This document shows positions 44,924-56,900 of a stretch of 64,000 nt of DNA, piece by piece. Each line of letters opens with the position of its first letter. The stretch's first letter is position 1. The position numbers and the translations under genes are program-made. Under the pieces are notes generated by a model, which had not been told where the DNA came from, ran no database searches, and was given only the letters and a program-made list of their open reading frames with translations. The stretch spans positions 19,433-83,432 of IMG/VR virus record IMGVR_UViG_3300027533_000015. The stretch is one strand, 5' to 3'. Source of the stretch: a virus. Taxonomy: Duplodnaviria; Caudoviricetes.

Positions 44924-47900
44924 CAACAAAGACTTACGATAATAAAGGAGATGGTGGTGCTAAAGACCCTATTACACCAATTGACCTTTTTGCTGATGCT
45001 GCCAGAGTTCCCAATACATTTGGTACTGTCAAGGCACAGCAGATAAACAGGAACATGGGTTCATTTGATGCTAAGGATTATTCTGACATGGTTAATCCTA
45101 CTGTCTTTGATGATCCGGGAACATTAAGGAAACTGGATGCACAGAGGCAACCTCGTAGTACACAACTGGGACATGGCTTGGTACAGCTTGGGGCAAACTT
45201 TGCTTCAGGCTTTGGTCAGGGTGTAGCTAATATGTTGGATATATCCTCATGGGGTAATGATAATTATCAAAGCTCATTGATGGGGTTAAGCACCAGTGAT
45301 ATGGATGATTGGGCTAAGAATATAGCCCGCAACTTTGAAATCAAGAGAGTTAATCCGGGAGCATTTGAACCCGGTTCCTTTGCTTGGGGTATGGAGCAAC
45401 TGGCTTCAGCAGGCACAGGCTTGGGCATGGGTGCATTTGCCCTGCTTGAGACAGCAGCTATAGAGTTTGCTACTATGGGAGTGGGGACAGGAGCAGCTAT
45501 AGGAAGGCTTGGTAGCTTATTCAAGAGGATTAAGGATACTGAAGGTGTAGCATCAATGGCAAATGCAGCAAGCAAGGTCAGGGATTTAAGAAGTGCTGCA
45601 ACTGTTTTTGGAGTTCTCAGCAGAACTAATGAGGCAAGGATGGAAGCCATGATGAGCCACAAAGAGATTGTGGATGATATGTCCTCTGTAAAGAATCCTG
45701 ATGGCAGTGCCAAGTACACTGAGCAGGAAATAGAGGAATATGCCAATGCTGGTGCTGACAAGACTTACATGGGTAACCTTGCCCTTCTTCCTTTGGATAT
45801 CCTTGGCTACAGAACCATGATGTACAATCCTGTCAGTGGAGCAGGTAAGGGATTCATTGAAAGAGGGCTGGCTAAGATAGGCAGCAAGTATGTAAGGGGA
45901 GCAACCCAGTTTGGTGTAACAGGAGCATTGGAAGGAGTGGAAGAAGGATTCCAGTACATAGTCTCCAATGAAGGCAAGCACTATGCAAAAGTACTGGGGG
46001 GCTTGGATGATAGCACCTCTTTCCTTCAAAGAGTAGATAAGGCAATAACAGGAGATGAGTTCTGGAACAACTTTGCTGGAGGTGTGATTGGCTCTCCTAT
46101 TATTAGTGGAGCTATGAAGCTGACTAACAAGGTTATTGATGGAGGAAGGACAAAGATGATGCAGCAGCTTCAGGAAGACTATGTGAAGAATATTGGTGTG
46201 ATGGATAACCAGATAGCCAACCAGATCACTGCTGCGGAGAATATGGGCAGGCATAAGGAAGCAAATATAATGCGCAAGCAGTTCAGGGCTAAGAAGGCAT
46301 TGGGTGCTATCCATTGGGATGCTGTGACAGACAGGGATACAGCTTTCACTGCTCATGTCACTTACCTGCAAGGAGTACTGGATGATGTGAATAAAGGAGG
46401 AGCTGAAGCCTTAAAGGATATAGGGTTTGAGAATCCCACACCAGAGCAGCTTGAATATGTAAAGAAGGAATATAAGGAAAGCATTGATGATGCAATGGAA
46501 CTAAAAAGAATTTATGACTCCGTTAAAGATAAATACAATAGAAACTTTGTACCTGAAATTACTGCTGATCATTTCCAGCTTGGTGAAATGCTTAAAGATA
46601 AGGTTGCCCTTGATGCTAAAGTTGTGGCAGCAAGAGCTAAACTCCCACAGGTTGACCAGTTATCCAGCTTTGGAAGAGAGCAGTATGATGCCAACTATGA
46701 ACTGCTTACCCTGCATCTGGAAAGAGCAAGGCTCACAGAGGAGTTCAGGGAGACTGAGAATCTAATGGAGAAAGAGAATATTGACATGCTGCTCAAAACT
46801 AATGAAGCCAGACTTACCAAGATCAAGACAAGGCTGGATGAGATTTCAAAGGACACCACTTATGAAGCAGAACAGAAAACATTAGATAACGACATTATTA
46901 AATCAGCCTTAGTAAGTCCAGCCTACCAGAGATTGAGCAAAGACAAAGAACACATGGACAATGCCATCTCACTTAAAAGGAAGAATCTGGCTTTATGGGA
47001 CAATCCTAAATACCTTGATCAACGTAATAAAGCAGCAGTGGAGAAGGCCAGAACTAAGGAGCAGGCAAAGAATAATAAAGATGCTGCTGCTAAGAAACCT
47101 GGGGGTATCACAGCAACGGAAGCAGAGGCTCTTGAGGCTAAGGACAAGGAGTTAGCTGCCGGGGAAGCTGCACAGGTAGCTGATGCCCAGAAAAGGGCTG
47201 CTGAAGGAGGTATGGGTAACTATGAGATGTTCAAGGAGGATAATAAGTATGTGGAGCAGATGAAGGGGGCAAAGCATGAAGGTGGTGACTTTGAAAAGAC
47301 AGGAGCAGTCTTTGATAGTCTGTCTGTTGGCCCTACTACTGGAGAAGATGTCAGTGAATCTCCTGCACCTATCAATGTAGGGCCTGAAACTTCTGCAGCC
47401 AGACAACAATTAGTGACTGGTGTTGCCGGCTTAATAGCAAGGCTTGGAGGCAAGCCTTCCTTTGAGGATTTGATAAGACATATAGCCAAGGTTCAGGGGA
47501 TGGGTGTAGCTGATGAGCTTTTTAATGCTGCTATCTATGGATGGCAACAGAATAATATGCCAGAGGAAAGCTATGCCATTATCTATAATAAGATATTTGG
47601 TGATCCTATGAATGACTTTATGCAGGGAGGTAAGGGAGCCATTGATACAGACAAGAAGTTATCTGATGCCACTGATGCAGCTATTGGCCCTGTTATCATC
47701 CAGCAGAATAAAGGAATACAGTTTGACAGCAATGGTCAGCCCAAATATTTCTACAGGGATAAATATGGCAAGAGAGTCTATGTCACCAATGAGGCTTCAC
47801 CCAAGTTTGCATTCCTTACACAGTTCTCAGAACTTGTAAGAACTGAAACTCCTGAGGGGATTGAAATCTCATTTGACTATACCTCTGATGAATTAAACAT

Positions 47901-50900
47901 AGGGCAGTATGTTGATAGTCTTCAGCTATTAGACCCTGACCAGTATAATGAAGGAGTGGAGATGGAAATAAGGCGTCCTCCTAATTACCTTGATATACTG
48001 GTTCCTGTGTTCAATAAAAATGGAACTAAAGGAAAGGCAATGCCCTTTGGACAATGGGCAGCTACTACTCCGGGTATCACTCCTGAGTCACAGGAGTATA
48101 GGGATAAGATACCTCTCATCATTTACAGGAAGGGTGCACCAGTAGGAGAGAAAGGTCTTGCCTTTGTGCATGACATTGGCTGGTATCACCCTGACAGGTT
48201 TGACCAGAATAGCCCCAATGAGATGGCTGCTGCTATTGCTTCTACCAGAGAGATCAGGGAAGCTACACTGGTTGAGCCTGGGAATCCTACTACTATTGTC
48301 ATTACTGAAAAACGTCAAACTACCTTTGAAGGATTAAAGACTAATAAGGGCACTGAATATAATAATATTACTCTTCGTGAAGCTAATCCTGATACTGAAC
48401 TGACTATAGCTGTTTCTGAATTTGGTCTTAGTACTGCAAGGGGAGAACTGGGTGTCAGGTTTCCCAACAATAATGAGACACTGATGAACATCAAGGGATT
48501 CAGAGTTGGTGAGATCATTGATGTGAGAAGATTTGGAACCAAGGATGGAAAGAAGACCTACATGGGTTATCCTGTATTCAGGGATAAGCTGGATGAACCT
48601 GCAAAGGAATCTATCAGGAGAGCTGTTAATATATATGCTAATAGAAATAATCCTGAGAGAAGAGGATTGCACCAGCCTGTAGTAGATGCCATACAAAAAC
48701 AAATGGGATTGGATATCTATAGTCCACAGGGACTTCAGACTTATCTCTCTCATTTCATGTATATCTATAACTCAAAGACAAAGACTCCAAAAGGTGGTAA
48801 TCATGGTGATACTGTAGCTGCTGCTGCTGCAACTGAACTTGCCCCGAAGACTCCCTTTGTAGCTTTTCAGGGTGGACATATCATATTTGGTAAGGCAGGT
48901 GAACTGGCTTATGCAAAGCCTGATGGTACAGCAGTGGGGACTTTCTTCATTAATCCTGATACCAGTGATGCCAGAACTGCGGAATATGCATCGGCTACTT
49001 TTGCAGAAAAAGCAAATCTGGATACTTACTATGAACAGAATGTGGATCTTCCTGCTCTCAATGCTAACAAGCCAGTAATGCTTATAGGTGCTAACTATGC
49101 TGTTACTATGGGTGCTCCCACTTATAAAGATTATTTGCTTGACAGGATCAAGACTAATGTGAGGTCATTTAACATTGGCACTGAAGCAGCACCTAACAGG
49201 GTAACCAATATACAGCCCATCATTACTTATGAATTAAAGTCTAAGTTAGATAAGCTAAAGATTGCTGCTACTAATGAGGAAGTCAGAAAGGATATGATGG
49301 AGGGTCAGACAAAGGAGGAAGCTGGAGTTAAAGAGGAAGCTCCTAAAGAAGAAGAAGAAGCTCCTAAAAAAGAGGAAGCTCCTAAAGAGAAAGAACCATC
49401 TCCTGAAGAAGTAGCAGCAGAGAAAAAGCGGAAAATGAAGGAGGAGTTTGATAAGAGAGCAAAGAAAGATTTGGGTAAGAATCATATCAAAGGAGGAAAG
49501 GAATTCAAAACAGGGGAAAGCATGGAAGACCTTGCTGTTGCCCCTAAAGAAAAAGAAGATGTCAGTGAGCTTCCTATCCCAATGGGAGAGGCACAGACAG
49601 ATTATGTAAAGAACTCGTTATTAAGAATAGCAGGTCTCACTCCATCTGAACAATTTGATATAGTGGATTTCATGTATAACAGGATTGTTGCAATGGTTGA
49701 TCTGGATACTGCAACAGTGACAAAAGCTATGGTGGATGCAGAGGTAAAGAAAGCTTTTGATGCAATAATAGCTCCTTATGAACAGGAACATAAAGAGAGT
49801 CTTGAATTTGGTCAGAACATGATAGCTGAGTTTCCTGAGACTGCTGATGAGGAAACACTAAGCAATCTTGCAGTGTACCAGAGGAAACTGGATAAGATAC
49901 AGGCTGTCAGGGATAACTTTGATGTATTACAGGAAGAGGCTTATAACAGGGTAGCAAAGTACACTGGCATCACACAGGATAAGGTCACCAATGAATTCTT
50001 TAATGATACTCCTTATAGTGAAGAGAATCCCATGACCAACTCCACAGAAGAAGAGATAATGTTTGGTGGTGACTTCTCTACTGATGTACTTACACAATCT
50101 CCTGAGAAGAAGCTGACCTATTCCATGAGAAGGTTCTTTGGACAGATAAGGAAATTTGACAGTGAGGGTAAAGAGATGACAGGATTCTTAGACCTGTGGG
50201 CTTACACTGGTGCAGATGAGATAGTGAGAAAACTAATGCAGACTCTGGCTGATACTCCTGCTGATTTTGATACTATGATAAGTAAGCTGGAGAAATTGGA
50301 AGTTCCCCCACCTTGGATGAAGGATGCTATTGCAAGACTTAAAGTGGCAACAAAACAACAGCAGAGCCAGTTTGTCACAGTGATGGATAGTTCCAGTCTC
50401 AGGATGAAGTTTGTCATGATCACTGAAAATAAGAAAACAAACACATGGACTACCAAGGTATATGATACTAACTTAAATGGAGTAGCTGATGCTATTGCAA
50501 AACAGTGGAGAGGTAACCTGACTGAAAGAGGACTTAATATAGTAGAGGTTGGTGCTGATGGACACTATCTGTTCAACAGGGAGAAGGGTAAGGAACTGAT
50601 GAAGCAGTATGAATCATGGATAGGTAAGGGTCTTGAACAAGTTCCTTTTGACATGGAACCCTACTGGCCTGTTATAAGACAAGTGACACCTGCAAGGGTA
50701 GCTGAAGGAAACCAGCCCGCAAGAGAAGAGAAGACAATGACCATCACAGCTATAGGTGGCTTACTGGACTGGCTGAACACTAATCTGCCAAACAGGAGTT
50801 CAAGGGTAGGGCTGACTATGAAGAATCAGGAGTATCAGGTCACAAAGTTAGGAGACAATAAGTTCAAGGTAGCTGTGCTTAATAAACAGGATATAAGAAA

Positions 50901-53900
50901 TCCTGAGCAGGTGGATAAGTGGTTAAAGGAACTGGGTATAACTCTTCAGCCTGATACATTATCAGAACTGTTAAACAGTGGTATGTATCATAACTATAAA
51001 AGCAGGTCTCCACTGGAACTGTTCACTGGTGCTAATGGACTGTTCAGGATACTATATACCAAGCTCGGAGTACTGGTAAATAAAGAAGGTGATGTCCATG
51101 ACTTCACAGAGGAAGGTGATAACCTGCTGGATGATTCTGTTATTAATTCACTGGCTACTTTAGATGCCAAGTATAATAGTTCTGTTTCTCCTTTTGCCTT
51201 CAGGGATGGTCAGAAATCCATCTTTGCCCTTACAGCCCGTAAATTTATTACTGATACAGTACTGGAACTGAAAGACCCTGATAACCATGCCCTGCTTCAG
51301 AATTTGCAAGGCATCTCCTATTCAAGCCCTTCCCTGTGGCTACAGATGCTTAAGAGCAGCCCCAAATTCAGGACACTGTTCCAAGTCTCTCATATAGGTC
51401 TCACTGCCTTTAAACAGCAGGGAAAGAAGCTGTATAAGGATACTGGGATCACTAAGTTGGCTGACACTGACCATGAGCTTGACAAACTGGGATTCTTCTG
51501 GGACACCACACAAGGAGAAGTGGAGCTTCAGGCTGATGGTAAAGCAGTCCTGAATAAATATCCCGGCACTAATCTGGCTATGAGGATGGGAACCATGTTC
51601 TCTCCTACCATGTCAGATAAGGATGTGATGACACTGATGACCACTGCTGTACTTAATCTTGGGAATGCTGATCTTAATAATGGAGAAGGAGGTATAACAG
51701 ATGAGGTAGTGAAAGCATTATATGAGCAAACAGTCCTGCCAGAACTAAAGAGGATGATCAGTCATGCTAATAAAGGGCATGTCACTAACCTGAAGTCCTA
51801 TGATAAGGGAGCAAGGATGTTCCTGTTTATGCCAGCACTCAATACTCTTAAATTCAGTGGTAATAATCTTGCTGATCTTATCTACAGCCAGCCCCAGACC
51901 TATAACCTCCAGTTCTTAGAGACCAATGAAGAGATTAAGGAAGGTATTAAGAACACTATCAGGAAGTATGTAGATGTACTGGTAAAGAAAAAGCTTCAGG
52001 TATGGGAAACAGATGGCATTACCAGAACCAGTGAAAAAGGGGAGATGGCTCTCCAGTTCTTTGACTGGAAGTACATGCAGAAATTCAGAGGAGATAATAA
52101 GCAGAAAGCAAGGATGGCAGCTACAGATTATGTTGTGAATTACCTGATATCTACCTCCAATTCTTTCATGGCAATCATTGGTGATCCTGCACAGATGTAT
52201 AAGGTAGACCCAACTACCAAGAGACAGGAATATGAAGAAGAGATTGATTACATAGTACAGGTGGTCAGGGACACTTTTACTAATGTGGGTAAGAGACTGG
52301 CTAACCAGATTGCTCCCGGAACTGGACTGGCTAATTCAGCCAAGGAACAGTACCTACAGCTTATGCTGGCAGACAGGGAAGGTGTAGAGGCTGAGAACAT
52401 TGCCTATCTTGAAAGACTATATGGTGTAGAGGGAGCAGCACCTTACAGAAATATTGATGCTTCAGATGGACAGGAATATACCACATGGAAAGAGCATCTT
52501 GATATCTTATCCCGCTTGGGTAAAAATGGTGATGGCTTAATGGATATCACCCAAGAGGAATTAAATCAGGCTGCAGAAATATTTGAGAAGGGTGATCCTC
52601 TTACTCCAAAGCAGGCCCAGCTTGTCACCAAGATCATGCAGCCTATGAAGCCAGTTTATACAGGAAGACTGCATGATGATACTCAGGACTTGATGAGAGT
52701 GGTATATATCAAGTGTTCAGCTTTTCCTCTTATCCCTCAGCTTACCAAGACTTTTGAACTTGATAAGCTCAGGCTTGAAATGGAGGAAATTCAGAAGAAT
52801 AGAAAGATGAATGTAAGAGCTTCTTACCAGAGTGCAAATAAAGTAGGAGGTGTCACTAACCCTATTAATGTCTGGAATGATGATGGTACTGCCAATGATG
52901 TAGAACTGAAAGCCATACATAATAAAGATGAGAATGGAAAATATACTGGTGGAATGATAGTACTGGACAGGAAGCACTTCAGGATACAGCAGGATGTGCC
53001 TTTCAAGAGTGGTAAGACAGGTGAGGACACTATCTCTTTAGGAACACAGTTAATGAAGTTGTTATTCGGGGATGAGATCATCACCTTTAAAGACTTCAGC
53101 TATGGTGGAAGAAATGATGTGACAGGAGCAGAACTGCACAGGACTTATAATGATCTGTTCATTGACCTGATAAAAGAAAAGAAGGCCCAGTTATATGATG
53201 ATCTTGGCCTTGATGATTATGGCATACCCATCAATATGGAAAGGACAATGGGTAAGCTGCAACACCTGTTAAAGTCTGAGGCCATCAAGAGAGGATATCC
53301 CCTGCAGGATATTGAAGGTTTAACTCTTACTGATGAAGGAGAGTTCAACCTTCCTCTATGGGCCTCATCTAATAGTAATAGATATGAGAGTATGCTGAAC
53401 TCCATTATCTCCAACAGGATAATCAAGATGAAATTCCCAGGCACTTCCTCTGTAGTAGGTAGTGAAGAAGGATTCCAGATCAAGAGGAAACAGGAAGACC
53501 TTAAAGGAGTTGATGAATCACAGATCATTTATACTCCTGCATGGAATGGCACTCATCTTACTGCTACTGTAGAGAAGAATGGAGTGATAAAGAAGGCACA
53601 GATATTCATGGCTTCTAAATTCAAAGGGGCTGATGGCAAGTTAATAGACCTGTTCAAGAAGGTGAATGACAAGTACATTTACATTGAGCAGAAGGCAGGA
53701 GGGGGTTTTACCTTGAAGCAGGATATGTTTGATAAGGAACTCTTGTCTATGCTGTCTTTCAGAATTCCAACATCAGGTCACCAATCAGCTTCACAGATTG
53801 AGATAGCTGGATTCCTGCCTGCCCAGAGTGCTGATCTCATGATAGTCCCCAAGAACTTCACCAAGCAGAAGGGCTTGGACTTTGATGTGGATAAGGAAAA

Positions 53901-56900
53901 CTCCTACCAGTTCTGGACACACACCACTAAAGAAGGCAAGGTGGAAATGCTTCAGGAGAAGCATAGAAAGGAGTTACTCTTTGATGCTGACAGGGAAATG
54001 CAGGAAACTGACCTGACTGATTTAAAGAAAGAGTATGATGAAGCTACTACTCCAAGAGCCAAGAAGTATGTAATGGATAAGGCCAGAGCAAGGATAGCTG
54101 AAACTCACCTGATTGGTGACCTCTTTGAATCAGCAGCTTATGATGATAAGGATTTAGAAAAGAATAAGTTTCTCCGCAGGCTTAATTCCCGCATTACTGA
54201 AAAGCTGATGCAGAATGAGCTTATTAAAATTAATCATGCAGTTTTTAATAATCCTGATGAGAAGATACAGGCCAAGATTGCAAGAGTACTGAACACTAAA
54301 TATGCTGAAGCACAAGCTAAGAAGATTGAGAAACTTAAGCTGGTTGGTATGAGTGAGGATGAAAGAAGATTCTGGACTCCACTGGATGATGAATACCAGA
54401 AGAGCAAACTAATCTCAGGAGCTTCAGGTAAAATAGCTACAGGTGCTTTCTCACTGGATGTGGTATTTCATTCCCTTGCACAGCAGACAAGAGCTAATGG
54501 CAAGTCTATCAGGTTAGTGGAGCAGATAGATGACCTTGAAGGTGGTGAAAAAGCAAAGAAGAGAACCATTGATAAGATATGGAGGTTTGGTGATGTTACT
54601 TCTGATCCTGAACTGGGTGGTAACAGGACACAGGATGGTTCACGCAGTATATCAGAGGTGGTAACTGAAGCCCAGCAGATAGCAGTGGACAATGAAAAGC
54701 TACAAGTAATGGGATGGGTTGGCCTCAATGATATGACCCTTGATGTCTTTAAAGTCTTCATGCTTACAGGTATTGATAAATCTCCTGAAGATGGAGATTC
54801 CATTCCTTTTCTTTTTCTCTCTCAACCCATTATACAGGACTTTGTGCTGGAGATGAAGAACATCAATTCCATTGTAGCTGGCTATGATAAGAATAAGGAA
54901 CAGACTGTAATAGATAAACTGATTGCCAAGTATGATCCTGAGAAGAAATGGGATAATGTTGATCCTGCTGAACATGCAAGAGTAACTGACAGCCTGCTTA
55001 ATAATACTAACTTCAAGACAGCTATCAAAGCAGAGAAACCTGATGGTGAGATACAAAGGGCAGTGCTGGAAAGATTCTTGGATATGAGGAAGTATGGTAT
55101 AGCTATCAGGGGAATACAGACCAGTATCAATACTGATTCCAAGGGATTAGGCAAGTCTTTCTTTGATGTCATTGACAAGAGGGAGAAGCTCAATAAAATA
55201 GGAGTGGATAGTGATACCATTCAGGGAGCTTCCAACCTGATAGGAGACTATATTAATAAGGAAGGATTACCTGACAGTAAGTTACAGGAGTTACAGAGGC
55301 TTGGCTATACCAGCATAGGAAAGTACATGGTGAAGCCTGATACATTATCAGGAGCTTTCAGTGTTGATGGAGTCATGACAGCTTATAACATGTGGAACAG
55401 ATTCTTTCCTTATGATAGCATGAATGCGGAAGCAGTCTTCAAGGAAATCCTTGCAGTCACTACTCTGGACAAGGCACTGGAGCTGAGTAATATTGAGAAG
55501 AAGCAGCATATCTTCCAGAATATCAAGAAGTACCTGGCTGCTGAACAGAGTAATGGTCTTAGTGATGATGAGGTAAATAAAGAAAGGTCAAGACTATTTA
55601 TTGACACTGAGGAGAATCTCTCACTGTCTGCTTATCTTAAAGCCATTAAATTCATGATAGGCAATAAGACAGTGGATGAACATATCAAGACTAATCAGCT
55701 TATTAACAGGTTTGAGTTTGATATTCAGAAAAATGGCATGCCTTCACTGACCAAGTACAACAATGCAGATGGAGAGGAATTTGATGAGCAGTATCTCTAT
55801 AATGCCATGTCAGTAATGCTGACAGAGAAAAATCCTGATGGCAGTGAGATTTCCCTTCCCACCATAGGTAATAAGTCCTATACCCTTAAGACACTGGCAC
55901 AGGACATGATACTGGCAGCTTATATTGGCAGTGCAGTACAGGAGGCTATACAATATGTCAAGTATGTTCCTGTGGCTTACCTTGATGCAATGGGCTATTC
56001 CCTTGCCATGAGACTAAATAACAAGAGATTTGATGATAATCCAAAACTACTGGGGCTTAAAGATAAAGCTACAGATGGTACTCAGGATCACTTTGTCAGC
56101 AGGTTCACCATGCAGTATATCCAGCATTTCCCTGAGAGGGTGCAGACCAAGTATGATATGAGGTCTCTGGCTGCTGCCATCATCAGAAATCCTGATGGAA
56201 CTTTTGTATTCAAGGATAAGACACACCCCACCTTTGTATCAGTTTATGATCCACAGGTAGGCAGGGGAGATAAGAAGTTCCAGCTCTATTACTTTGATGG
56301 TAAAAAGTATGACAGGGTTGCTGTACTGGGGGCTTTTGGCATGGATGAATACCAGCCTGCTGTGGATATAGGAGTGTCCTCTATCAATGCGAGGATGAAG
56401 TTCAAGCCTGAGTTACAGCCGTTATTACAAAAAGATAATACTACTGCAGAATACCCTGACTTCAATATAAGGGCTGGTGATGTTACTGAGATTACCAGAA
56501 ATATTGGTAACAGTACTACTCCTTTTGCTCCACTGGCAAGACAATTAGTTCCTTTTGCAAGTGGCATAAAGGTTACTGTTTCTGAAGTAATAGTACATGG
56601 GGGTAAGGTATATGCCAATGCTCGTGGAATTTATTCATCAGAACTAAACAGTATCACTATCAAGGAAGCCATATTAAGTGATGCTAATCAACTGGCTCAA
56701 ACCTTTGTACATGAACTGGTACATGGTCTTACTGTAAGACAGATTAAGCCCTATGTAGATAATCTGGAATCAGCTCATCCACAGGTAACCAAACCAGATG
56801 CTCCTGCTTATATATCCAATCTCATCATGCTCTATAACAGGCTAAGAAACCAGTTACCAAGAGCAGAACTGAATGAGGTGATGGCTGCTATGGATGCTAA